Program-made: the position numbers and the translations under genes
Notes under the pieces: model-generated
What the model was told of the DNA's origin: nothing
The model's input: only the letters and a program-made list of their open reading frames with translations
Database searches by the model: none
Shown here: piece by piece, positions 38,233 through 48,211 of the stretch
How the letters are laid out: the number at the start of each line of letters is the position of its first letter
Numbering within the stretch: position 1 is the first letter of the stretch
Assembly: GCA_964504255.1 (NCBI GenBank)
Contig: CAZDDU010000001.1
Coordinates: 33,843 to 97,842 of the forward strand
Source of the DNA: an uncultured Candidatus Saccharibacteria bacterium
GTDB taxonomy: Bacteria; Patescibacteriota; Minisyncoccia; Phycocordibacterales; Zambryskibacteraceae
Direction: 5' to 3'
Length of the DNA stretch: 64,000 nt

Positions 38233-39861
38233 ATGTCTTTAGACGATATTCTCCACAAATTGCTCCACGATAGGAGTATTACTGATAAAGAAGACTTCCT
38301 TACCCCCAACTACAGCAAGCTCCATGATCCACTTCTTTTGCCTGACATGGAAAAGGCTCGAGACAGGGTGCTCCGGGCGATTAAAGATAACGAGCATATT
38401 TTCGTCTTTTCTGATTATGATGCTGACGGTATCCCGGGTGCGGTGGTGATGAAAGATTTTTTTAGAAAAATAAAGTACGACGATGTTTCCTTCTACATCC
38501 CACACAGGCATGACGAAGGTTTTGGCCTTAATACCGATGCAATGGATGAGGCAGATAAGCGAGGTGCGAAACTTATTATCACAATAGACTGTGGTACTGC
38601 GGACTCGATAGAGGTGGCTCATGCAAACTCATTAGGGATTGATGTCATCATTACCGATCATCATGAAGCCAATGAGTTGCCAGACGCCTACGCGATAGTT
38701 AATCCGAAGATTAATCCGCCAGCTGGCGGAAAGAAGTATCCCTTCGATGGACTCTGTGGAGCAGGAGTACTCTATAAACTTATCCAAGCTATATATATGA
38801 AGGAGAGCTTTGGTTTGCCAACTGGAGTGGAGAAGTGGTCGCTTGATATGGTAGCCATAGCGACACTCTCTGATATGGTGCCACTAGTGGGGGAGAACAG
38901 GATCCTCTCTCACTTCGGACTCCAGGTGCTTCGTAAGTCTCCTCGCCCAGGGATACAGGCTCTGTGTAAAAAGCTTGGGATGGATCAGAGATACTTAAAT
39001 GAAGACGACATCGGCTTCATGATCACGCCCCGTATTAACGCCGCATCAAGGATGGGTAAACCCGAAGATGCATTTAACCTTCTTTCCACCACAGATCCGA
39101 GGGAAGCAGAGGAACTCGTCCTGCACCTTGAGAGTATTAATAATGAGAGGAAGGGTATAGTGGCTTCGATAGTGAAGGATGCTAAGAAGCATCTAAGTGA
39201 GAGAGAGAATATTTCTAAAGTAATTGTCATCGGTAACCCCGAGTGGCGACCTGCCCTCCTAGGACTCGTAGCGAACTCTCTTGTAGAAGAGTATGAGCGA
39301 CCAGCCTTCGTCTGGGGGAGAGATGGTGATGATAAGCTCAAGGGCTCATGCCGGTCATATAATGGTTATGATTTATTCGAACTGATGAATCATGTTAAAG
39401 AATCATTTGTAGAGTATGGAGGGCATGCTGGGGCAGGGGGCTTTTCTGTCACACTCGAGAGTTTGGTAACCCTGGAGGAGAGGCTATCAGAAGCGCTCAA
39501 TAAACTCGAGATGACACTCAATAAGACTCATAACAGTTTGGAGATTGAAATCAAAGATGTAGGAGAGGGCTTGTATAGAGTTTTAAATAAATTAGCACCA
39601 TTTGGGATGGGTAACCCGAAGCCAGTGTTTAGGATAAATAACGCTGAGATCAAGTCTTTGAAGCAGTTCGGCAAAGCCAAGGACCACCTCGAGCTAACTC
39701 TCGCACCGAATATCAAAGCGATCTCTTTCTTTTCTAATCCTGATTCATACTCAATCCTACCTACGACCACACTCTGCAATCTCGATGTCCATTTAGAGAA
39801 ATCCTACTTCCGCGGTCGCCCAGAGCTTCGACTTAGGATTGTTGATATAATCTCAACATGA
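38233..39861 (+). CDS. recJ: ssDNA exonuclease RecJ
   Basis: DYDADG, ITIDCG, TDHH, PRINAASR, GGHAGAGG, PFGMGNP; start moved to MSLDDIL. Confidence 0.96.
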   Translation: MSLDDILHKLLHDRSITDKEDFLTPNYSKLHDPLLLPDMEKARDRVLRAIKDNEHIFVFSDYDADGIPGAVVMKDFFRKIKYDDVSFYIPHRHDEGFGLNTDAMDEADKRGAKLIITIDCGTADSIEVAHANSLGIDVIITDHHEANELPDAYAIVNPKINPPAGGKKYPFDGLCGAGVLYKLIQAIYMKESFGLPTGVEKWSLDMVAIATLSDMVPLVGENRILSHFGLQVLRKSPRPGIQALCKKLGMDQRYLNEDDIGFMITPRINAASRMGKPEDAFNLLSTTDPREAEELVLHLESINNERKGIVASIVKDAKKHLSERENISKVIVIGNPEWRPALLGLVANSLVEEYERPAFVWGRDGDDKLKGSCRSYNGYDLFELMNHVKESFVEYGGHAGAGGFSVTLESLVTLEERLSEALNKLEMTLNKTHNSLEIEIKDVGEGLYRVLNKLAPFGMGNPKPVFRINNAEIKSLKQFGKAKDHLELTLAPNIKAISFFSNPDSYSILPTTTLCNLDVHLEKSYFRGRPELRLRIVDIIST

Positions 39862-40337
39862 TTATTATATTTACCGATGGGGCAGCGAGGGGGAATCCTG
39901 GTGGAGGGGGTTGGGGGGCTATTATAGCCAAGGAGTTTGAGGTTAGGGAAATAGGAGGCAAGGATCCATACACCACCAACAATAAGATGGAGCTTACTGC
40001 TGCCATAGAGGCACTTAAAACTTTAGAATTCGGAGTTGAGGTAGAGCTCTATACAGACTCAGAGTATGTCATGAAGGGGATGACTGAATGGGTATGGAAC
40101 TGGCAAAAGAATGGCTGGAAGACAGCTGCGAAGAAACCGGTAGAGAATCAGGATCTTTGGAAGGATCTTGTATCAGCCAGCGAAGGAAAAAACATTTCTT
40201 GGAAGTATGTTGCCGGTCACTCGGGGAACGAGGCAAACGAGAGATGTGATGAGATAGCGACTAAGTACGCAGACCATTTATCCGTAGAACTATATGCAGG
40301 GAGTCGGGGCGAGTACCCAATCAGTCTCAAGGCCTAA
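39858..40337 (+). CDS. rnhA: Ribonuclease HI
   Basis: TDGAARGNPG, TNNKMEL, TDSEYV, GHSG..NERCD. Confidence 0.97.
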   Translation: MIIIFTDGAARGNPGGGGWGAIIAKEFEVREIGGKDPYTTNNKMELTAAIEALKTLEFGVEVELYTDSEYVMKGMTEWVWNWQKNGWKTAAKKPVENQDLWKDLVSASEGKNISWKYVAGHSGNEANERCDEIATKYADHLSVELYAGSRGEYPISLKA

Positions 40338-41751
40338 TCTTAAAATCCTTCTAGCACTCTGGGGATTCATCTTTGGTATTCTCTTCGCTTCAATAATTTC
40401 GATACACCCCCTTGTATCTATCCTGATTATCTTTGTCGCGCTAACCATTTATGTATTGGATAGAAATGTTTTTATTTTAATAATACTGGTTGCTTTATCC
40501 TTAGGAATACTCAGATACGATATCAAAGACTTTCATGAGTTGTCGCCAGCGGGGAATATGGGTGTAGTGGTGTCCGAGCCCGAGAGCAGAGACAAAGACA
40601 CTCGTTATGCGGTTCTTACTAATACTAGAGAAAAAGTTTTGGTCACTGACGAGATCTTTAGCAAGGTTGAATATGGAGATGAAGTTAAGTGGATAGGAAC
40701 TCCTAAGACTCTAAAACCCGGTGGCTATGCCAACTATTTAGCCAAGGATGATATTTTCTACACCCTTGAGAGAGCGAAGGTGGAGATTGTTTCTCACGAT
40801 AAAGGAAACAGTGTTAAGAGCACTCTCATCAAGGTTAAAAGGTTTCTCACTGACAAAGTTAAAAGTATCTTGCCCGAGCCTGAGGCCAGCCTCCTCTCGG
40901 GCCTAATCGTCTCGGGCAAGCAAGCATTACCCAAAGAAACTTTAGAGAGCTTCAAGGATGCTGGAGTGGTACATATGGTCGTGCTCTCGGGTTACAACAT
41001 TACGATAATCGCTGAATTCTTGCTCATCGTCTTTGCGTTTCTTGGTTCTAGAATTTCAGGCTTTATCGCACTTGGGGGAGTAGTGCTCTTTACTATTATG
41101 TCTGGAGCGCCTGCGACGGTCGTTCGGGGTGCCATTATGGTTTCGTTCCTCTTGCTCGGCCGATTGATGAAACGACCCGGCTCGCCACCAAGAATACTTC
41201 TCTTCACTGCGGTATTGATGCTCCTACACAACCCAAAGATTCTGCTCTATGACCCATCCTTCCAGCTCTCATTCCTCGCTGTGCTCGGACTTATATACGG
41301 TACCCCTCTTGTCGAAAAGCTATTTGCCTCTCACGGTCAAGAGGGAAATTCGAGACAAACAGTTTTTCGACTTCGAGAATTAGTTTCCACCACTTTAGCT
41401 ACACAGCTCTTTGTCTTACCACTTCTTTTATATAGCATGGGCAACTTCTCACTCGTGTTCCTCTTCGCCAATATTCTTATCTTGCCCATTCTCCCAATCG
41501 TCATGCTCATCGGATTCATTGGCACACTACTTTCATTTGTACTTGGTGTCTTGGCTATGCCTATTAACTTCATTACTCACTTGCTACTCGCATACATACT
41601 TAAGGTTGCGGATTTCTTTGGTAACTTACCATTTGCGAGTTTAGAAATAGAAAACTTCCCCTTGTGGGGAAGTTTGGTGATGTATGCGTTGATATTTATT
41701 ATCGTCTGGCATTCTCGAAATTCATCTCCACGCTCTCCCAGTTTAGATTAG
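40294..41751 (+). CDS. comEC: ComEC/Rec2 competence membrane domain protein (start uncertain)
   Basis: GVVHMVVLSGYNI, VRGAIM, DPSFQLSFLA, ANIL. Confidence 0.92.
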   Translation: MQGVGASTQSVSRPNLKILLALWGFIFGILFASIISIHPLVSILIIFVALTIYVLDRNVFILIILVALSLGILRYDIKDFHELSPAGNMGVVVSEPESRDKDTRYAVLTNTREKVLVTDEIFSKVEYGDEVKWIGTPKTLKPGGYANYLAKDDIFYTLERAKVEIVSHDKGNSVKSTLIKVKRFLTDKVKSILPEPEASLLSGLIVSGKQALPKETLESFKDAGVVHMVVLSGYNITIIAEFLLIVFAFLGSRISGFIALGGVVLFTIMSGAPATVVRGAIMVSFLLLGRLMKRPGSPPRILLFTAVLMLLHNPKILLYDPSFQLSFLAVLGLIYGTPLVEKLFASHGQEGNSRQTVFRLRELVSTTLATQLFVLPLLLYSMGNFSLVFLFANILILPILPIVMLIGFIGTLLSFVLGVLAMPINFITHLLLAYILKVADFFGNLPFASLEIENFPLWGSLVMYALIFIIVWHSRNSSPRSPSLD

Positions 41752-42289
41752 AGAAGAAGGCTTCGACGTAATTCTTCTTCTCCGCAGGAGTGTAGTCGAG
41801 GTAGTAAGAATGCTCCCACATATCGAGTGCGAGTAGGGGTGTTGCTCCCTGTAGTTGTCCTAGATGTTGTTCATCTACCCAAGAAGCTAGGAAACGATCA
41901 TCTGCCTTGTCGTACCAAAGTATTGCCCAGCCTATTCCTCGAGTCAGTGCCAAGGCTTTAAATTCGGTTAGAAATTTATCCATTGAGCCAAAGAGTTCGA
42001 GAAGTCTCTTGCCTAGCTCGCTTTCCTTATTTAATTCTTTACCTCCACCAGAAAGGGAAGAGAAGTAAACTTCATGGTTTCTCATACCATTGTATTCAAA
42101 GCTGAAACGACGAAATAACTCTCCGACTATGTAAGGATCCTTTGCGCTATCAAGGGATGACATCTTTTCCATAATGAGGTTCGCGTTCTTCACATAACCG
42201 GCATATAGTTTAAGATGCTCATCAATAGTCTTTTTAGAAATGCCGACCAAGTCTCCGATTTCAAATTTCTTTTCTTCGAATGTTTTCAT
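41699..42289 (-). CDS. Fe/Mn superoxide dismutase family protein (ChrC-like)
   Basis: HLKLYAGYV, NHEVYF, GIGWA, LDMWEHSYY. Confidence 0.92.
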   Translation of the reverse strand: MKTFEEKKFEIGDLVGISKKTIDEHLKLYAGYVKNANLIMEKMSSLDSAKDPYIVGELFRRFSFEYNGMRNHEVYFSSLSGGGKELNKESELGKRLLELFGSMDKFLTEFKALALTRGIGWAILWYDKADDRFLASWVDEQHLGQLQGATPLLALDMWEHSYYLDYTPAEKKNYVEAFFSNLNWESVEMNFENARR

Positions 42290-43121
42290 GTACTCCATTA
42301 TAGCAGTTTTGGTTTTCTCTAACCTTTTTGTGTGGTCGAGAGTTTATTCGAGTAATGAAAGTGAGCTCAAAGTCTACTTCCTCGATGTGGGGCAGGGTGA
42401 CGCGATACTCATTGAGTCGCCCACACAAGGTAGAGTACTTATAGACGGCGGGCCAGACAGGAAGGTGCTAAGTGAGCTTGGTCGAGTCCTGCCCTTCGGT
42501 GACAGACATATTGATGTGGTCATAGAGTCGCACCCAGATGCTGACCACATTACTGGCTTAGTGGAGGTGATAAATAGATTCGGTGTGGATACATTTGTCT
42601 CAACCGGCATGAGATCGACTAACTCACTTGATGAAACACTAGACGAAGTAATACAAGAAAAAGAAATAAATAAGATCCAAGCCAAGAGGGGGGTAAGTCT
42701 CGACCTCGGTGGTGGAGTTGTGCTCACATTGCTCTATCCAAGTGGAAGTATAGAGGGCCTCGAGACGAACGAAGCCTCAATAGTCTCGAAGCTTACTTTG
42801 GGTGAGATGGATTTTATCTTGACTGGAGATTCGACCAAGCTCGCAGAATATAAATTACTCTCATTAAACAAAGAGCTATTGGATTCAGAAGTGTTACAAG
42901 TTGGGCACCATGGGTCAGAGACCTCAAGCTCTCTACTGTATGTACAAGCCGTGAGCCCAGAGTACTCTGTCATCTCTTCGGGCAAAGATAATAGATATGG
43001 TCACCCACACAAGGTAACTCTCGACACATTAAACAAGATAAAGACAAATATATTAAATACTGCAGACGTCGGTAGAATCTTATTTAAAACAGATGGAGAG
43101 AAACTCGAGGTCGAGTATTAG
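42288..43121 (+). CDS. ComEC-associated metallo-beta-lactamase fold nuclease
   Basis: FLDVGQGDA, SHPDADH, TGD, GHHGS, NRYGHPH. Confidence 0.93.
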   Translation: MYSIIAVLVFSNLFVWSRVYSSNESELKVYFLDVGQGDAILIESPTQGRVLIDGGPDRKVLSELGRVLPFGDRHIDVVIESHPDADHITGLVEVINRFGVDTFVSTGMRSTNSLDETLDEVIQEKEINKIQAKRGVSLDLGGGVVLTLLYPSGSIEGLETNEASIVSKLTLGEMDFILTGDSTKLAEYKLLSLNKELLDSEVLQVGHHGSETSSSLLYVQAVSPEYSVISSGKDNRYGHPHKVTLDTLNKIKTNILNTADVGRILFKTDGEKLEVEY

Positions 43122-43360
43122 ATGATACCCGCTTTCTTGAGGACAGAGTGAGCACCACGCTTGTTGATGGTTTTGATAGCGCGAGTAGAGAGGGTGAGAG
43201 TGATAGTCTTCTTCAATTCAGGCACATATATGCGCTTCTTCTGGAGGTTGGGGTACTTCCTAACCATGCCTGTAGGGTTGAATTGGGTAGCACGAGTTCG
43301 GTTGGAGTAACCTCCACCCATGATCGAACCTTTATTATTGACTGGACATACTCTAGCCAT
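43118..43360 (-). CDS. rpmB: 50S ribosomal protein L28
   Basis: MARVCP...RKYPNLQKKR...LSTRAIKTI. Confidence 0.9.
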   Translation of the reverse strand: MARVCPVNNKGSIMGGGYSNRTRATQFNPTGMVRKYPNLQKKRIYVPELKKTITLTLSTRAIKTINKRGAHSVLKKAGII

Positions 43361-43404
43361 AGTGGGCATTACTCTAACATAATTGATATAATTCGCCAAC
43401 AAGT

Positions 43405-44007
43405 ATGGAATTTATCTTTCAAATCGCAGTATTGATCATGTCGATTGTCATTCATGAGGTGGCCCACGGCTATGCTGCGCGCTACTATGGAGACCTGACT
43501 GCCGAGTATGAGGGGAGACTCACTCTTAACCCAATTAAGCATATTGACCCTGTGGGCTCGGTCTTTGTACCCCTGCTTTCATACCTGTTCGGTGGATTCG
43601 TCTTCGGTTGGGCGAAGCCGGTGCCTTATAATCCCTATAACCTTAAGCCTGGCAGGTGGCCCGAGGCCTTTGTCGCCCTAGCTGGTCCGCTATCTAATAT
43701 CGGTTTAGCTGTAGTATTTGGCCTACTTCTTAGGTTAATGGAGAATCCGAGCCTTAGTTTTGTAACTATCACAGCGGGGATTGTCTATATTAATGTGCTT
43801 CTCGCGGTCTTTAACTTAATGCCAGTACCACCCCTCGACGGGTCGAAGCTCCTCTTTGCTCTCTTCCCCGAGAATATATACAAGCTTCGAAGTTTTTTCG
43901 AAAGATACGGGCTCATCTTGGTACTCTTCTTCATCCTCTTCGTTTGGCAGCTCATTGCTCCTTTGGTCAGCATTTTCTTCACATTCTTGACCGGTTTGGC
44001 TATTTAA
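43405..44007 (+). CDS. Site-2 protease family protein (YwhC-like)
   Basis: HEVAH, GRLTLNP, GWAKPVP, NLMPVPPLDG. Confidence 0.94.
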   Translation: MEFIFQIAVLIMSIVIHEVAHGYAARYYGDLTAEYEGRLTLNPIKHIDPVGSVFVPLLSYLFGGFVFGWAKPVPYNPYNLKPGRWPEAFVALAGPLSNIGLAVVFGLLLRLMENPSLSFVTITAGIVYINVLLAVFNLMPVPPLDGSKLLFALFPENIYKLRSFFERYGLILVLFFILFVWQLIAPLVSIFFTFLTGLAI

Positions 44008-44026
44008 GTTAAAGTGAACGCTCTAA

Positions 44027-44440
44027 ATGAGTACGATAAACCAGTTAGTAAAGAAGAGCCGAAACAAGCCAAAAAGGAAGTCCAAGGCTATTGCTTTGAC
44101 GCGCGGTTTCAACACTATTAAGAACCGCCCTGTTTTCTTCAATTCTCCATTCAAGCGTGGTGTGTGTATCAAGGTGACTACTAAGACCCCAAAGAAACCT
44201 AACTCCGCAATCCGTAAGATCGCCCGTGTCCGCCTAAGCAATGGTCAGGAAGTGACTGCCTACATCCCAGGAGAGGGTCACAACCTACAAGAGCACTCAG
44301 TGGTTATGCTCCGTGGTGGTCGTGTGAAGGACCTAGGTATCCGCTACACTATTGTCCGTGGAGTACTCGATACTCAGGGAGTAGAGAAGAGAAGGAAGGG
44401 TCGAAGTCAGTATGGTAACAAGCGCCCAAAGGCTAAATAA
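44027..44440 (+). CDS. rpsL: 30S ribosomal protein S12
   Basis: [18 protein letters not shown]. Confidence 0.99.
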   Translation: MSTINQLVKKSRNKPKRKSKAIALTRGFNTIKNRPVFFNSPFKRGVCIKVTTKTPKKPNSAIRKIARVRLSNGQEVTAYIPGEGHNLQEHSVVMLRGGRVKDLGIRYTIVRGVLDTQGVEKRRKGRSQYGNKRPKAK

Positions 44441-44445
44441 TTTTT

Positions 44446-44916
44446 ATGCGTAGAAAACTTAAAGCAAAACCAAAGATAACCCCAGACTCAGTCTATGACT
44501 CAGAGAAGGTGGCTAAGTTCATCAACTATGTGATGCTCGAGGGCAAGAAGACCACTGCTCGTGGTGTTGTTTACCGAGCACTAGACTCTGTGAAGGAGCT
44601 AAGCAAGAATCCGAATCCTTTGGAGATCTTCGAGACAGCTCTCAAGAACACAGGTCCTACTATGGAAGTCCGTTCAAGACGAGTGGGAGGTGCTAACTAC
44701 CAGATCCCTCGTGAGGTTAGACCAGAGCGTCGTCAATTTTTATCTATGAAGTGGATCGTTGATGCAGCTAGGGGTAAGAAAGGCAAGCCTATGCATGAGA
44801 AGTTGGCTGAGGAGATCATCGCAGCATCAAACAACGAAGGTGAGGCAATCAAGAAGAGAGAGAATACACATAAAATGGCGGAAGCAAACAAGGCCTTCGC
44901 TCACTTGGCTTGGTAA
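44446..44916 (+). CDS. rpsG: 30S ribosomal protein S7
   Basis: [21 protein letters not shown]. Confidence 0.99.
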   Translation: MRRKLKAKPKITPDSVYDSEKVAKFINYVMLEGKKTTARGVVYRALDSVKELSKNPNPLEIFETALKNTGPTMEVRSRRVGGANYQIPREVRPERRQFLSMKWIVDAARGKKGKPMHEKLAEEIIAASNNEGEAIKKRENTHKMAEANKAFAHLAW

Positions 44917-44983
44917 TCCAATCCAACCCTAACAATTTGTGCTGTATAATTAGTGCTAGTTATTTATTAAGCATTAATTATCT

Positions 44984-45505
44984 TTGATGAGAAAATTACA
45001 AAATACTGCCGCCGTCTTCTTTATATGTGCGGTCTTTATCCTTACTATAGTCTCAGTATTCGGTGTGTGGGATCTGTTTGACGGAGATGTCGTTTGGAAG
45101 TCGTTCCAGACCCTAGGCCTGCTATCTATTGTTGCGCTAATAATTATCAAGGCAGGCAAGGTTATGGATGACAAGGCTGGCAGCGTCACTCCTCCACTTG
45201 AGATTTTCGCCTCAATAAGAAAGACGGCTTTCGCTATCCTCATTGTTTCAGCATCGCTCCTCGCTCTTCTCGGCGTGATGTCTATTTGGGATGTTATCGC
45301 TGACAAGGATGTGTTGTATAAGTCTCTCGGATCACTCGTAGTTATCGCCTTCTCTGCCGGAGTGGTCAAAGTAACTTGTGATGCTATGGAGGGTGAGGAT
45401 AGGGTTCATGCTCCTGCTACTACCTCAAACCCAGTTCCTGCGCCAGCACCTGCTCCAGCCCCCACGCAGTACACCCAGCAGAGCGTACCCCCACAGAATC
45501 AGTAG
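44984..45505 (+). CDS. Four-TM hypothetical protein made of two internal repeats, Pro-rich tail
   Basis: GVWDLFDGDVVWKS and SIWDVIADKDVLYKS repeats. Confidence 0.8.
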   Translation: MMRKLQNTAAVFFICAVFILTIVSVFGVWDLFDGDVVWKSFQTLGLLSIVALIIIKAGKVMDDKAGSVTPPLEIFASIRKTAFAILIVSASLLALLGVMSIWDVIADKDVLYKSLGSLVVIAFSAGVVKVTCDAMEGEDRVHAPATTSNPVPAPAPAPAPTQYTQQSVPPQNQ

Positions 45506-45583
45506 GTCCACGCCTTCTTTCCTTGTATTTTTGTAGGTCGAAATGTACTCTAAGGTCAGACACATTCTCACTTTGAGGTAGCG

Positions 45584-45796
45584 ATGATACTTTCAGGTTT
45601 TTCTCCCAACCAGCAGTCTATGTATGGTGTCAGGAAACAGGTTCGGGTCATCAGGGTGACCGGCACCGTCAACGATCCTTGGTATACGATCAAGAACCCA
45701 CTCGGCAAGAAGTATGTTCTCGGCGTCAGAGACCTCCATGGAGTCAGGGTCCTGGGCGTCTTCAAGAGAGAACGCACTAAGAAACCTCGGGCATGA
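45584..45796 (+). CDS. Small hypothetical protein (ORFan module)
   Basis: GAGGT SD, 70 aa, terminator hairpin overlapping the stop. Confidence 0.55.
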   Translation: MILSGFSPNQQSMYGVRKQVRVIRVTGTVNDPWYTIKNPLGKKYVLGVRDLHGVRVLGVFKRERTKKPRA

Positions 45797-45897
45797 TGCC
45801 TGAGGTTTTTCATTTGATTATCTATTGAACTTGCGGTATCGTAAGGGCATCTAAGCCATTTAGGCTTTTTATTTTTATCCCAACAAATTAATAATTT

Positions 45898-48066
45898 ATG
45901 GAACGAGATTATCCTTTAGAGAGAGTTCGAAACTTCGGTATTATTGCGCACATCGATGCAGGCAAGACCACGACTTCAGAGCGCGTGCTCTTCTACACCG
46001 GAGCTCAACACAGTATTGGTGAGGTGCACGAAGGTGAGACTACTACTGACTGGATGGAGCAGGAGAGGGAGCGCGGTATTACTATTACTGCAGCTGCTAT
46101 TACATGTTTCTGGGCGCCAACATATCTAAGTGATGCAGATAGAAACGATGCGAAGAAGAAGTTCCGCTTCAACGTGATCGACACTCCTGGGCACATTGAC
46201 TTCACCGTGGAGGTTAAGAGAAGTCTTCGAGTGCTCGATGGCGCAGTGGTCGTCTTCGACGGCGTGGCAGGAGTAGAGCCTCAGTCTGAGACCAACTGGC
46301 GTTATGCCGAGGAAGCTCAGGTGCCTCGCATCTGCTTCATCAACAAGCTCGACCGTACAGGAGCTTCTTTCGAGCGCTCATACAAATCTATTTTAGACAG
46401 ACTTTCTAAGAAGGCGGTTCGCTTCCAGATCCCAATTGGTGAGGAGGACAAGCATGAGGGAGTTATAGACCTACTTAAGATGAAGGCGTACTTCTTCGAG
46501 GGCAACATGGGTAACAAGGTTATAGAGAAGGATATCCCAGCTGAGTACATGGCTGATGCTACCAAGTATCGTGCTGATCTTGTGGAGAGAATCGTAGAGA
46601 ACGACGAGGGTCTCATGACCGCGTACCTAGAGGGTAAGGAGATCTCTATCGAAGCACTCAAGGAGACTTTGAGAAAGGCTGTGATTGCGAACAAGATCTT
46701 CCCTGTGATGACGGGTTCTGCTCTTAAGAACAAGGGAGTACAGCTTGTACTCGATGCGGTTGTTGATTACCTACCAAGTCCACTCGACATCCCCCCAGTG
46801 AAGGGTATTAACCCAGAGACAAATGAAGAGGTACTTAGACATGCGTCTGACACAGAGCCTTTCTCTGCACTCGCCTTCAAGCTACAAGCAGACCCATTCG
46901 TTGGTCAGCTTACGTTCTTCCGCGTGTACTCAGGAACAATTGAGAGTGGTTCTTATATATACAACTCAACTACAGGCAACAAGGAGAGATTAGGACGCAT
47001 TGTTCGTCTTCAGGCCAACCAAAGAGAGGAGGTTAAGAAGGTTTTCGCAGGAGAGATTGCTGCAGCTGTAGGACTCAAGGAGGCGAAGACTTCGCACACC
47101 TTCTCTGACGAAGCAAACCCAATTATCCTCGATCAGATCACCTTCCCAGAGCCAGTTATCTCACTTCGTATCGAGCCTAAGACCAAGGCCGACCAAGAGA
47201 AGATGGGTATGGCACTTAAGCGTCTGTCAGACGAGGATCCAACATTCAGAATTAAGTCTGACTCAGAGACAGGGGAGACTGTGATCATGGGTATGGGTGA
47301 GCTACACCTCGAGATTATTGTCGACCGTATGAAGAGAGAGTTCTCAGTCGAGGCGAATGTGGGCAAGCCTCAGGTGGCATACAAAGAGACTATTACTGGA
47401 TCTGCAGAGGTGGAGAACAAGTACATCAAGCAGACAGGAGGTAAGGGTCAATACGGTCACGTTAAGATCACTATCAAACCAATTGAAGCACTCGACCCAG
47501 AGGCCAAGATTCCTAAGAATGTGCACCGTGAGGAAGGATTCGAGTTCATCGACTCTATTAAGGGAGGAGTTATTCCACAGGAGTTTATCCCAGCTGTTGA
47601 GAAGGGTATTAGAGAGGCAATGGACAGAGGTATCCTTGCAGGATTCAAGATGACAGATATTTCTGCCGAGCTCACTTATGGTTCTTACCACGATGTGGAT
47701 TCTTCGGAAATCGCATACAAGATTGCAGCCTCACAGGCGTTCCAAGAAGCAGCTAGGAAGGCGAAGCCGGTAATACTCGAGCCAATCATGAAGGTTGAGG
47801 TGGTTGTGCCAGAGAAGTTCATGGGAGATATTACTGGTAACCTCTCAAGTAAGCGCGCACAGATCGAAGCAATGGAAGACAGAAACGAACTCAAGGTCGT
47901 ACGTGCCAAGGTGCCTCTATCCGAGATGTTCGGTTATGTAACCAACCTCCGTTCAATGACCGAGGGTAGAGGATCATCAACTATGGAGTTCGACCACTAC
48001 GCTATCGTGCCTAAGAATGTCGAAGCCGATATTATTGAGAAGAGAACCGGTGCTAAGGCTGCATAA
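45898..48066 (+). CDS. fusA: Elongation factor G
   Basis: [30 protein letters not shown]. Confidence 0.99.
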   Translation: MERDYPLERVRNFGIIAHIDAGKTTTSERVLFYTGAQHSIGEVHEGETTTDWMEQERERGITITAAAITCFWAPTYLSDADRNDAKKKFRFNVIDTPGHIDFTVEVKRSLRVLDGAVVVFDGVAGVEPQSETNWRYAEEAQVPRICFINKLDRTGASFERSYKSILDRLSKKAVRFQIPIGEEDKHEGVIDLLKMKAYFFEGNMGNKVIEKDIPAEYMADATKYRADLVERIVENDEGLMTAYLEGKEISIEALKETLRKAVIANKIFPVMTGSALKNKGVQLVLDAVVDYLPSPLDIPPVKGINPETNEEVLRHASDTEPFSALAFKLQADPFVGQLTFFRVYSGTIESGSYIYNSTTGNKERLGRIVRLQANQREEVKKVFAGEIAAAVGLKEAKTSHTFSDEANPIILDQITFPEPVISLRIEPKTKADQEKMGMALKRLSDEDPTFRIKSDSETGETVIMGMGELHLEIIVDRMKREFSVEANVGKPQVAYKETITGSAEVENKYIKQTGGKGQYGHVKITIKPIEALDPEAKIPKNVHREEGFEFIDSIKGGVIPQEFIPAVEKGIREAMDRGILAGFKMTDISAELTYGSYHDVDSSEIAYKIAASQAFQEAARKAKPVILEPIMKVEVVVPEKFMGDITGNLSSKRAQIEAMEDRNELKVVRAKVPLSEMFGYVTNLRSMTEGRGSSTMEFDHYAIVPKNVEADIIEKRTGAKAA

Positions 48067-48095
48067 ATAAAGTAAGTTAGAAAGACAAAACCTTC

Positions 48096-48124
48096 TTGAC
48101 AATCTAGGAGGTTTGTGCTATTAT
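48096..48124 (+). promoter_or_regulatory. Sigma70-type promoter embedded in the hairpin after fusA
   Basis: TTGACA-N17-TATTAT with extended TG. Confidence 0.7.
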
Positions 48125-48211
48125 CGAAGTAGAGTACTTTTAGTTGTAAGTTGTGTGTACATGCTTCAAATTCGTAGGTCCACGTAGTTCCCCCTCAAGG
48201 AGGAGTTTCGA

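Noticed and set aside
43372-43399. dif-like 28-mer on the minus strand (TTGGCGAATTA-TATCAA-TTATGTTAGAG)
   Set aside because: The XerC arm matches poorly (ATTA instead of ATAA), the sequence is explained by divergent -10 elements for rpmB and the S2P gene, and parS/ribosomal context suggests origin rather than terminus.
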